From the NCBI GenBank assembly GCA_964447205.1, contig CAYUSB010000023.1, positions 21,614 to 85,613 on the forward strand: a DNA stretch of 64,000 bases. Reading direction: 5' to 3'. The position numbers and the translations under genes were made by a program. The notes below the pieces were generated by a model, which searched no databases, had not been told where the DNA came from, and worked only from the letters and a program-made list of their open reading frames with translations. This DNA is from an uncultured Myxococcaceae bacterium (GTDB lineage: Bacteria > Myxococcota_A > Polyangia > Polyangiales > Ga0077539). Shown here piece by piece: positions 51,245 through 59,872 of this stretch (position 1 is its first letter; the number at the start of each line of letters is the position of its first letter).

Positions 51245-51973
51245 GTGTCAACACTCCCTCCCCCGCCGTGCACGCGCCCCTCCCGCCCACCGGAGCCCCG
51301 TGCGCCCGGCTGGCTGCGCGGCGAGAGCTTCTTTGTCGCGTGGTACGGCGACCCGGCCGCGGCGCCCCGCGAAGCGGCGCGTGTGCGCGACGCGCGTCCC
51401 GCGTTCGTGGTCGTCGGCGCGGGGCTGCACGCGCGCCCCGAGGTGCCGGCGTTCTTCCGCGCGGGGGCGGTGCGCACAGTCGCGTACGTGGCGACGGCGT
51501 GGGGACGGCGCGACGCGTCCGACGTGGCGCGCGAGGCGGCGTGCGCGGGCGCGTCGGGCTACGACGGCGTGTTCTTCGACGAGATCGACCCCGCGGCCGA
51601 TGGGTTCAACCGCGCCGCCGCGGCCGCCGCGCGCGCCGGGTCCGACCGAATCGTGGTGATGAACACCGGGCGGGCGGCGGTTCCCGACGCGCTCTTCGAC
51701 GTGGCCGACGTGGTCTCGGTCGAGAACCAGTGGGACCGTGCCCTCTCGCCCGCGGGACTCCCCCCGTGGCGCTGGATGGCCGTGCAGGGCGACCCCGCGG
51801 CGCTTGCCGCCCCGTCGCTCGACGTGGCGCTTGCGCGGCTGGCGGCGTTCCGGGCGGCGGGGGGCGGGTGGTACTACTCGGGGCCCTGGGCGCCCGAGGG
51901 CTCGACGCACTGGCGTCTCGCCGACTGGCTCGAAGACTTCGCCGCCGCCGCGCGCGCCCTGCCCCCGCCGTGA
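51245..51973 (+). CDS. Spherulation-specific family 4 protein (Sph3-like, GH135 alpha-1,4-N-acetylgalactosaminidase-like)
   Basis: AYVATAWGRR, GYDGVFFDE, IVVMNTG (cf. V.NPG), DVADVVSVEN (cf. T.E), GGWYY; start uncertain and no clear signal peptide. Confidence 0.78.
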   Translation: MSTLPPPPCTRPSRPPEPRAPGWLRGESFFVAWYGDPAAAPREAARVRDARPAFVVVGAGLHARPEVPAFFRAGAVRTVAYVATAWGRRDASDVAREAACAGASGYDGVFFDEIDPAADGFNRAAAAAARAGSDRIVVMNTGRAAVPDALFDVADVVSVENQWDRALSPAGLPPWRWMAVQGDPAALAAPSLDVALARLAAFRAAGGGWYYSGPWAPEGSTHWRLADWLEDFAAAARALPPP

Positions 51974-51986
51974 GCGCGAAGGGCGT

Positions 51987-52886
51987 TCAACGCGGGCGCG
52001 ACGCCGTCGGCCAGATCGAGAGGGTAGGGCATCGGGACTGGGGCGGCGGGTGCCACGACCGTGGGGGGCACGCCGGGGCGACGGAGGGGCAGCGGGAGGG
52101 CGCGCGGGAGGCCGCCGCAGGCCGCCACGTCAGGACGCGTGCGCGGGGGACGGCCGGCTCGGCGGCGCGGCGGGGCACGCCCGGGAACACCGCGGCGAGG
52201 CCGGCGGTGAGGGCGTCGTGGCGGGCGGTGGTCCAGGCGGCGATGGGGCGGTCGAGGGCTGCCGCGAGGTCGCGCGCGCGCGTGAGGAGCCGCGCGACGT
52301 CGCCCGACCCGCCGGGCGTGAGCGGCGCGGCGAACCACACCCGCCGCGCGTGGACCTCGCGCACCACGGCCAGCGCGGGGCGCCCTCGCTCAGGCTGCAC
52401 GGCGTCGAGCGAGAGGGCGAGCGTGGGCACGTCGCGGTAGGCCTCTCGCAGCGGTTCGGGGTCGGTGCGGGGCTGCTCGACCAGCTCGGCGTAGCGGGCG
52501 ACGTAATACGCCAGGGCGTCGTCGGAGAGCCCGATGGAGTGCTCGGCGGCGAGGTCAGCCCGGAGCTGCGCGACGCTCTGCTTGCGCTCGGCGCGGCGCT
52601 GCCCGAGCCACGCGAACACCTCCCAGTCGATCAGCCAGCGCGGGGGCGCGAGGCCCAGCTCCGCGCCCGGAGAGTACGTCCGGCGCGCGCCGGGGCACGA
52701 CGGGTCGCCACAGTGCATCAGCTTGCACGTCACCTGGAGCGGCCCGCCGAACAGGTAGAGCCGGCGGTGTCGGTGGTCGCAGATGCGCATCGGCCGCGCA
52801 CACACGCCGCACGGGCGCTCCTCGTCGGAGGGTTCGAGGATCAGCTTGCGAAAGACGGATCCGGCAGGCCAGCGGTGAGCAACCAT
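51987..52886 (-). CDS. Transposase-derived protein (Zn-ribbon plus HTH plus truncated DDE-like region), probably non-catalytic
   Basis: CGVC..CDH..CGDPSC, FAWLGQRR...IGLSDDAL..Y, LSLDAVQPERG..LAVVRE...RVWFAAPL; AGGAG SD; ends in a low-complexity tail; no flanking IRs seen. Confidence 0.65.
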   Translation of the reverse strand: MVAHRWPAGSVFRKLILEPSDEERPCGVCARPMRICDHRHRRLYLFGGPLQVTCKLMHCGDPSCPGARRTYSPGAELGLAPPRWLIDWEVFAWLGQRRAERKQSVAQLRADLAAEHSIGLSDDALAYYVARYAELVEQPRTDPEPLREAYRDVPTLALSLDAVQPERGRPALAVVREVHARRVWFAAPLTPGGSGDVARLLTRARDLAAALDRPIAAWTTARHDALTAGLAAVFPGVPRRAAEPAVPRARVLTWRPAAASRAPSRCPSVAPACPPRSWHPPPQSRCPTLSIWPTASRPR

Positions 52887-52920
52887 CGGTCTCCTCGGCA
52901 GCGCTTCGCGTCGTTGCCCG

Positions 52921-53206
52921 TTAGCCTACGACCGTTGACGCATTGAGACCATTACCATTTCGCGCGTGGCGGTTCAAGTACTACGACGCCCTATTTCAAC
53001 GCGGAATGCGCGGTGCGGAGGTGCACCGTAAACCTACAAGTAAGGGTGGGTGATCGGCTGTCGCCCCATCGGCCTACACGACAGGTGGACCGCGCAGGGC
53101 GGCGCCACGAGCTGACGGACGAGCGCTTAGCCTTCAAGCGGCAACCGCGACGGAGGCGACAAGTGGGTTATCACGGGCATTCGTTGAGGGTTTAGCCTTC
53201 GAGCGG
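52921..53206 (+). promoter_or_regulatory. Three copies of a 14-bp motif TTAGCCTWCRASCG, candidate regulator binding sites
   Basis: TTAGCCTACGACCG 52921-34, TTAGCCTTCAAGCG 53127-40, TTAGCCTTCGAGCG 53192-205, in a divergent, relatively AT-rich intergenic region. Confidence 0.5.
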
Positions 53207-53354
53207 AGGACCCTGTTTCTACGAGAGATCCAATGCGGTGAGCGCGCTCACGGTCTTTGTCGATTTTCAACGAACACGCTTGACCCTCGGTTTGAGAAGG
53301 GGGATGAATGACATCGTCACCGGCGCCCAACAGATAGGGACGGGAGGCGCACCG

Positions 53355-53369
53355 CGGCACCACCCCTGC
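53355..53369 (+). promoter_or_regulatory. Possible sigma-54 promoter of the Agd3-like gene
   Basis: CGGCACCACCCCTGC: GG at 53356-57 and GC at 53368-69, 10-nt spacing, several mismatches to consensus. Confidence 0.3.
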
Positions 53370-53497
53370 GGGACGTCGGCGGAAAGAAACAGCGGGGTCA
53401 CCGACGGTCGGCGGCCCCTCACGTCCATTCATCCCTTCGCGGCGCCGCACGGTCCGCGAGCCAACGGGGACGTCCGCGCGTGCGACGGAGAAGCGTC

Positions 53498-55486
53498 ATG
53501 AACAAGCGTTGGTCCAGCGTCCTCGGTCGTTTGAGCCTCGCGGCCTCGGTCTGCTTCGCAGCGCAGGGCTGCTACCAGGGCCCCGACGTTGAATCGACCT
53601 CTCAAGCGGTTCGGTCCTCGGAGGTCCATCGCGGCCCGGGCTCGGTCCATCGCGGCCCGGGCTCGGTCCATCGCGGCCCGGTCTCGGTCGAGCACGGCCG
53701 CTCGCGGCCCCAGACCCTGGTGTCGACCACGTCGTCCAGGTCGTCGGCGCGCGTCGCCCCCTCCCTGACGCTCCCCCCGCGCAGCGCGCGGATCCTGGTG
53801 ATCTCGGCCGACGGCTCGGAGGCCGCCCTCCCCGCGATCCGCCAGGCGCTCGATTACCTCGGCACGCCCTACACCGTCCGCATCGCGACCACCGCGGGGC
53901 CGCTCACCGCCAACCAGCTCTCGGTTGACGGGCGCGGGAACTACCAGGGCGTGATCCTGACGACCGCGAGCCTCGCCTTCTACGACGGATCCGGCTGGCG
54001 CAGCGCCCTCAGCCCCGACGAGTGGCAGGTACTCTGGAACTACGAGGCCACGTACGCGGTGCGCCAGGTCTCCTGGTACACGTACCCCACGCCGGAGCTC
54101 GGCTTCGCCTGGGGCACCTCGGTCGACACCAGCGCCGTCGCCCTCGAGGTCAAGGTCACCGACGCCGGGCGGCAGGTGTTCCCGTACGTGACGCCCAACG
54201 CCCGGGTCGCGGTGCGCGACGCATACACCTACCTCTCGGTCGCCGCCGACCCGACGGCCACACCGCTGCTCACGGACGACGAAGGGCACGCCCTCGCCCT
54301 GGTCAACCGCTACCCCGACGGCCGCGAGAACCTCGCGCTCACCTTCGACTCGAGCCCCCACCAGGTCCACGCCCTTGTGTTCTCGTACGGCGTGATCGAC
54401 TGGGTGACCCGCGGGCTGTTCCTCGGCGCGCGCCACACGTACCTCTCCGCCCAGGTCGACGACATCTTCCTCGGCAACGACCTCTACACCGGCGGCGAGT
54501 ACCGGATGACCGGCGACGACCTGCGCGCCGCGGTCGCCTGGCAGCGCGCCCTGCAGGCCCGCCCGGCCAGCGCCGGACTGCGGCTCGACATGGTCTACAA
54601 CGGCGAGGGCACTGTCGCCGGCGAGTACCCCTCCGACACGCTCACCCCCGCGGCGAGCTCGCTCCAGGGCGAGTTCAAGTGGATCAACCACACCTACTCG
54701 CACCTGAACCTCGACGCCGTCGACTACGCCACCGCGTTCGACCAATACCGCGACAACATCCAGGTCGCCCAGCGCATGCGCTTCTCGGCCTTCACCCGCA
54801 CGAACCTCGTCACCGGCGAGGTCTCCGGGCTCTTCAACCCCGCCGCCATGCAGGCCGCGGCGGACGTGGGCGTGCGCTACGTCGTCTCCGACACCTCGCG
54901 CCCCGGCCAGGACAACCCCTCCCCCAACGCCGGGATCTACAACGCCCTGGCGCCCTCGATCCTGATGATCCCGCGGCGGCCGACCAACCTCTTCTACAAC
55001 GTCTCGACGCCCGAGCAGTGGGTCGCCGAGTACAACGACTTCTACCGCGTCTTCTGGGGCCGCGACCTGTCCTACAGCGAGATCCTCGACCGCGAGACCG
55101 ACGTGCTCCTGCGCTACATGCTCCGCGGCGAGATCGACCCGTGGATGTTCCACCAGTCCAACCTCCGCGCGTACGACGGCAGCCACACCCTGCTCGGCGA
55201 CCTCATCGCCCGGCTGCTCGAGCGCTACAACGCCCTCGTCACCCTGCCCGTCGTCAGCCCCACCATGGACGAGACCGGCCGCCAGGTGGCGTCCCGCATG
55301 CGCTTCAACGCCTCGGGCGTGACCGCGACCATCGTCCCCGGCCAGAGCATCACCCTCACCGCCCCGCGCGCCGCCGTCGTGCCCGTCACCGGCCTCGCCT
55401 CCCGCGGCGCCGAGTCGTACGCCGGCGAGACGATCTCGTACGTCAACCTCTCGGCCGGCGCCTCAGTCACCCTCCGCCTCGAGTAA
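53498..55486 (+). CDS. Agd3-like (CE18) secreted/lipoprotein polysaccharide deacetylase
   Basis: Signal ending AAQGC; ILVISADG..ALDYLGTPY N-domain; QVDDIFLG, RLDMVYNGEG, WINHTYSH, LVTGEVSGL, IPRRPTNLFYN, WMFHQSNL (DD/HxxxH/H metal set as in Agd3). Confidence 0.8.
   Translation: MNKRWSSVLGRLSLAASVCFAAQGCYQGPDVESTSQAVRSSEVHRGPGSVHRGPGSVHRGPVSVEHGRSRPQTLVSTTSSRSSARVAPSLTLPPRSARILVISADGSEAALPAIRQALDYLGTPYTVRIATTAGPLTANQLSVDGRGNYQGVILTTASLAFYDGSGWRSALSPDEWQVLWNYEATYAVRQVSWYTYPTPELGFAWGTSVDTSAVALEVKVTDAGRQVFPYVTPNARVAVRDAYTYLSVAADPTATPLLTDDEGHALALVNRYPDGRENLALTFDSSPHQVHALVFSYGVIDWVTRGLFLGARHTYLSAQVDDIFLGNDLYTGGEYRMTGDDLRAAVAWQRALQARPASAGLRLDMVYNGEGTVAGEYPSDTLTPAASSLQGEFKWINHTYSHLNLDAVDYATAFDQYRDNIQVAQRMRFSAFTRTNLVTGEVSGLFNPAAMQAAADVGVRYVVSDTSRPGQDNPSPNAGIYNALAPSILMIPRRPTNLFYNVSTPEQWVAEYNDFYRVFWGRDLSYSEILDRETDVLLRYMLRGEIDPWMFHQSNLRAYDGSHTLLGDLIARLLERYNALVTLPVVSPTMDETGRQVASRMRFNASGVTATIVPGQSITLTAPRAAVVPVTGLASRGAESYAGETISYVNLSAGASVTLRLE
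53623..53685 (+). repeat. 21-bp tandem repeat, 3 copies (VHRGPGS) in the deacetylase linker
   Basis: GGTCCATCGCGGCCCGGGCTC twice, then GGTCCATCGCGGCCCGGTCTC. Confidence 0.9.
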
Positions 55487-55493
55487 CCCCTCC

Positions 55494-56798
55494 TCAACCT
55501 GCAGGCGGCCGCAGCGAACGGCGCGACGCCCGCCCGCCGAGCCCCGCCCCCGGCGCACGCCGCAGGGGGAACAGCCCCATCAACGTCAAGGCCGCGACCC
55601 CGAGCAACGACCACACCGGCAGCGCCAGCGCCGGAAGCACCGTCGCCCACCCGCGCGGCGCGAGCGCACCCCACGTCGCCGCCGTGAGGATCAGCGCCCC
55701 GAGCGCCCGGCGAGCCCGACGCGCGGCGTGATGCCTCCGGGGCCCCCGCACCAGCATCAGCAACACCGCCACCGACGCGCAGCCCGCGACCAGCGCCGGC
55801 GACGTCGGCCCGGACGCGGCGCCCGCCCCGACAAGCCCCCGCCCCCCGATCGCCAGAAACGCCCCCAGCGTCTCGCCCAGCGCCAGCGGGAGCAGCGCCG
55901 GGAACCATCGCGCGCGAGGCAGCCGTCGCCGGGCCCCCACGCTCGCCACCGCGCTCGCAACCCAGGCGAGAACGCCGCCCGCGGGGTGCGTCAACGACGA
56001 GAGCAGCACCACCCGGGGCAGACGCCCCGCATGCCCCGTCGCACCGAGCGGCGAGGCGCATCCCCACGCCGCCACCAGCGGGGCCGCCCACGCGAGCGTC
56101 GGGCGCTGCCCCAGGACCACCGCTGCCAGAGGTGCCGCGCCCACCACCGCCGCCGGCCAGCGCCCCACGCCGGGCGCCAGCCGCACCAGGAGCGCCCCCG
56201 CGAGCGACGCGCACAGCCACGCGATCGCCGCGCCGAGCGCCGGCCCGCACGCCCGCGGCGGGAGCCCGACGAGCGCGCCCGCCCACACCGAGAGCATGTC
56301 CGTAGAGCCGTCGGGGGCCCGGCCGATGAACGCCGCCGACGCGACGCACGCCGCCAGCAGCGCCGCCCTGCCCGCCCACGCCACGCGCGCCTGCAGCGAG
56401 TGCCGGCCGTCGTCGGCCCGCGCCGCCGCGTCGAGGGTCTCACGCACCCTCGCTCGCCAGTCCGCCCGCATTGATGACACGAGCCGGTCGGCGCGCGAGG
56501 CGCGGCCCGCACGGGCGCTCACGTCCCGCAGCGACGGCTCGCGCCGCCGAAGCCGCGACGCCCAGATGACCACCGCCAGCATCCCCAGCAGCGCGCCGCG
56601 GGAGACCGCGCCGACGCACCACAGCAGCGTCATCGCGGAGCACAGAAGCAGCGCCGCTCGAAGGTGGCGCGCGACGCCGTCCCGCGGCAGGGAGCGGTCG
56701 GGCGCGAGGTGGGCGAGGTTGTAGAGCAGCGCGCCCCAGAGCAGGAGCCTCGCCGCGAGCAGGACCTGCACGGTGCGATGGAAGCCTTCAGGGTGCAT
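55494..56798 (-). CDS. Hypothetical polytopic membrane protein, last gene of the pelF/pelG-like operon
   Basis: ATG 56798 lies 5 nt after the PelG-like stop; about 10 hydrophobic segments; no family recognised. Confidence 0.6.
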   Translation of the reverse strand: MHPEGFHRTVQVLLAARLLLWGALLYNLAHLAPDRSLPRDGVARHLRAALLLCSAMTLLWCVGAVSRGALLGMLAVVIWASRLRRREPSLRDVSARAGRASRADRLVSSMRADWRARVRETLDAAARADDGRHSLQARVAWAGRAALLAACVASAAFIGRAPDGSTDMLSVWAGALVGLPPRACGPALGAAIAWLCASLAGALLVRLAPGVGRWPAAVVGAAPLAAVVLGQRPTLAWAAPLVAAWGCASPLGATGHAGRLPRVVLLSSLTHPAGGVLAWVASAVASVGARRRLPRARWFPALLPLALGETLGAFLAIGGRGLVGAGAASGPTSPALVAGCASVAVLLMLVRGPRRHHAARRARRALGALILTAATWGALAPRGWATVLPALALPVWSLLGVAALTLMGLFPLRRAPGAGLGGRASRRSLRPPAG

Positions 56799-56803
56799 GC
56801 GGC

Positions 56804-58360
56804 TCAGTACGCGGCGTAGTAGCGGTGGTCGATGCGCGCGAAGAAGCGCCGCGCGCGCATCATCATGCCCGCGGTGAACACCACGGCGCCGGCGGTCATC
56901 CCCGCGGCGGCGGCCTCGGGGGCCCACAGGCGCGAGGCCACATACCCGACCACCGCCGCGGTGCCCACCGCGGGCCAGAGCGCGCGCAGCACCGCTTCGC
57001 CGCGGGCCAGGGTGAAGAACCAGAGCGAGAGCAGCAGGCCCCAGGAGAGCACCTGGAAACCCGCGCCAAGCCACAAGAACGTGCGCGCGACGGCCGGGTC
57101 GAGTACCGAGGCGGCGAGTCGGTGGGCAAGTCCGCGCGCGGCGAGGTGGCGCGGCACCGCCCACGCGAGCGAGAGGTTGGCCGCCGAGACGGTCGTCAGC
57201 AGCGCGAACGAGCGCGCGCCGAAGCGCTTCATCGCCGCGCGGAAGTCCCCGCGCTGCCCGACCTTGAGCCCGTGCTGCAGGCTCTCAAGCCGCTCGTTGA
57301 AGGCGTGCACGAAGTGCTCGAGGAGGCTCATGGGCAGCACGAAGCTCGCGAGCGCCCACTCGGCGCCGAGCTCGTAACCGGCGTGGAAGCGCAGCAGCGC
57401 GGGCGCGGCGTGGGCGGGCGCGGTCCAGACCATCGCGCGGTCGAGGAAGATCAGCAGGAAGTACCCGAGGCCGTACACGATGAACGTGAGGTTGCTGCCG
57501 AGGATCACGTCGAGCCGACGCGCCCGCGAGCGGGCAGCGCTGCCGGGCGGCGGCGGGCCGAGCCGACGGGCGACCAGGAGCAGCGCCGCCAGCGCGACCG
57601 TGAGGATCATCCCGAGCTGCGCGCCGTGCACCGACGCGCCCTCGAACCGCACGAGGGCGCCGACCGCGATGGCGCCGAGCGTGGTGAGCGCCAGCGCCTG
57701 CACGCGCATCGCCAGCGCCTGCATCGCCGCGACCGAGACCCAGAGCCATCCGAGCGAGATGAAGTACGCGAGCGCGAGCGCGAAGAGCCGCCACGGGAGC
57801 GGCTCGAAGAGGAGCTGCAGCGCGACGGCGGTGGCGACGCAGGCCGCGCCCAGGGCGAACCCGACGCGCAGCAGGTCGCCGAGCACCTCGCGCAGGCGGG
57901 CCCCATCACGGGCGGGGTCGAGCACGTGCGCCTGCCGCCCGATGGTCATCACCATCGCCCCGGTGGCGACGAGGCTGGCGATCATGGCGAGCCCGACCGC
58001 GGTCGCCTGCGACTCGTCGTAGTCGAACGAGCCCACCAGCCAGTGCCGCGTGGCGAACCCGACCGCGAGTTGCGCGAGCATGGGCCAGGCGAAGAACGAC
58101 CCGCGCAAGAGCCGCCCGACGAACGCGAGCCACGGGCGCACGACGCCGTCGCGCGGCGGCATCGAGGATGGCCGCCACCGGGGCAGGGCGTGGAACACCT
58201 GCTCGGCGAACGCGAAGAGGTCGGGGCAGCCGAAGCGCTCGCGGGCGTCCTGGTCGCGCAGGCCTTCGGCCTCGAGCAGGGCGGCGACGGTCCACACGTC
58301 GAGCGGGCGGCGCGCGGTGGTCGCGAGGACCTCGGCCCAGTGGCGCGCCGGGTCGCTCAC
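56804..58360 (-). CDS. pelG: PelG-like exopolysaccharide exporter with extra N-terminal soluble domain
   Basis: GTG overlaps the pelF stop; N-terminal DVWTVAALLEAEGLRDQDARERFGCPDLFAFAE; about 12 TM; FLDRAMVW..YELGAEWA and C-terminal FFARIDHRYYAAY like PelG. Confidence 0.7.
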   Translation of the reverse strand: MSDPARHWAEVLATTARRPLDVWTVAALLEAEGLRDQDARERFGCPDLFAFAEQVFHALPRWRPSSMPPRDGVVRPWLAFVGRLLRGSFFAWPMLAQLAVGFATRHWLVGSFDYDESQATAVGLAMIASLVATGAMVMTIGRQAHVLDPARDGARLREVLGDLLRVGFALGAACVATAVALQLLFEPLPWRLFALALAYFISLGWLWVSVAAMQALAMRVQALALTTLGAIAVGALVRFEGASVHGAQLGMILTVALAALLLVARRLGPPPPGSAARSRARRLDVILGSNLTFIVYGLGYFLLIFLDRAMVWTAPAHAAPALLRFHAGYELGAEWALASFVLPMSLLEHFVHAFNERLESLQHGLKVGQRGDFRAAMKRFGARSFALLTTVSAANLSLAWAVPRHLAARGLAHRLAASVLDPAVARTFLWLGAGFQVLSWGLLLSLWFFTLARGEAVLRALWPAVGTAAVVGYVASRLWAPEAAAAGMTAGAVVFTAGMMMRARRFFARIDHRYYAAY

Positions 58361-59865
58361 GCGACGCGCCCCCGCGAGCCTGCGTCGAGCAGACGGTAGA
58401 TCTCCTCGTAGCGCTTGAGCTGGCGCTGGACGGTGAAGAGCGAGACCACCCGGTCGCGGGCGAGGCGGGCGAGGCGCCGGCAGCGCTCGTGGTCGGTGAG
58501 AAGCGCCGCCATGGCCCCTCCGAGCGCCTCGGGGTCGCGCGGGGGGACCACGATGCCCGTGTCGCCCACGGCCTCGCGCACGCCGCCCACGTCGGTCACC
58601 ACGCAGGGCACCCCGCAGGCCATGGACTCCAGCACCGTGTACGGAAAGCCCTCGGAGATGGACGACAGCACGCTGATGTCCCCCTCGCAGTAGAGCGTGT
58701 GGGGCTGGGCGTGGTGGCCCCGGAGGAACACCACCTCGCCGAGGTCGAGCGACGCGATCAGCGCGCGGCAGCGCTCGGTGTACGGCACGTCCGCGGTGAG
58801 CGAGCCGTAGATGTTGAGCAGCAGGTCGGGCACCGTGCGGCGCGCGACGGCCGCCGCCCGGATCATCGTCTCGATGTCCTTGAGGGCGAAGATGCGCGCC
58901 GCGGCGACGGCGACGGGCCGCCCGCGCAGCGCCTCGGGCTTGGGCGACGGGCGGAACTTGGAGGTGTCGACGCCGTTGTGAACGACGCGGATGCGCTCCT
59001 CGGGCGCGCCCCACGGGAGCTGCCAGCGGGTGTTGCAAGTGGCCACCGGGGCGATGACGTCGGCCACGGCGTAGCAGGCCCGCGCGATCACCCGGGCGAC
59101 CCCCATGAGGAACCGCCGCACGAACGCGCCGTGCCCGCTCGCGCTGACCGAGAGGTAGCGCTCGCGGAGGTAGACCCCGTGCTCGGTGAGCAGAAAGCAC
59201 GTCCCGCGCTCGAGGCGGGCGACGATTCCCGGCAGCGCGCACGACGACGCGACCGTCGCGTGGAACACCGTCACCCCCTCCACCCGGAACTCGAGGGGCA
59301 TGAGCAGGTGGTAGAGCCACCGGGCGCAGAGGCTGACCTCCGCGAGCCGCGGCTCGGGGTCGCGCCCGGCTTCCTCGGACGCCGCGACGAAGGCGTCCCA
59401 TACCGCGGCGGTGCGCATCACGCAGCGGTAGTCGTGGCGCCGCAGAAAGCGCCCCATCGCCACCAGGGCGTCGACCAGGGCGTCGTCGTCGGCGGCGGCG
59501 GCGGCGGGCGTGAACACCTCGCGCAGCACCGCCGAGAGCGCGGGCACGAAGCCCTCTCGGACGCGGCGCTCGGTGGAGCGCGACTGCCGCTCCAGCACGC
59601 CCGAGAACGGCCCCCGCAGGGAGCGCGTGGAGGGGTCTCCGGTGGGCCAGAGCGCGACCTGGTGCACGTCGCGGATGTTGGGCGCGATGGGCAGCGCCGG
59701 CCCGACGTGGTCGGAGCCGGTGACCGCCAGCACGGAGAAGTCCACGCCGTCGATGCCGGCGCAGAGCTGCTCGCACCACGTGCTGACGCCGCCGCCGTGG
59801 AAGGGGTACGTCCCCTCGGTCGCGAGCATCACGTGGGGGCGGGAGGGATCTGGGGAGGCGCCCAC
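58357..59865 (-). CDS. pelF: PelF-type GT4 glycosyltransferase (DUF3492 plus GT4)
   Basis: LATEGTYPFHGGGVSTW, HATVASSC, LLTEHGVYLRER, RVVHNGVD, RIFALKDIETMIRA, SSISEGFPYTVLESMACG (E-x7-E), TDVGG. Confidence 0.9.
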   Translation of the reverse strand: MGASPDPSRPHVMLATEGTYPFHGGGVSTWCEQLCAGIDGVDFSVLAVTGSDHVGPALPIAPNIRDVHQVALWPTGDPSTRSLRGPFSGVLERQSRSTERRVREGFVPALSAVLREVFTPAAAAADDDALVDALVAMGRFLRRHDYRCVMRTAAVWDAFVAASEEAGRDPEPRLAEVSLCARWLYHLLMPLEFRVEGVTVFHATVASSCALPGIVARLERGTCFLLTEHGVYLRERYLSVSASGHGAFVRRFLMGVARVIARACYAVADVIAPVATCNTRWQLPWGAPEERIRVVHNGVDTSKFRPSPKPEALRGRPVAVAAARIFALKDIETMIRAAAVARRTVPDLLLNIYGSLTADVPYTERCRALIASLDLGEVVFLRGHHAQPHTLYCEGDISVLSSISEGFPYTVLESMACGVPCVVTDVGGVREAVGDTGIVVPPRDPEALGGAMAALLTDHERCRRLARLARDRVVSLFTVQRQLKRYEEIYRLLDAGSRGRVA

Positions 59866-59872
59866 GGCGCGT

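Noticed and set aside
51987-52886. Active IS element
   Set aside because: No terminal inverted repeats or target duplication found, and catalytic motifs appear eroded; reported instead as a transposase-derived gene.
53325-53410. c-di-GMP-I riboswitch (CAGCGGGGTCACCGACGG resembles the Vc2 3' end)
   Set aside because: The required GCAAA..GAAA..GGGACGCAAAGC and CTAA core elements are absent; only the 3' segment matches by eye.
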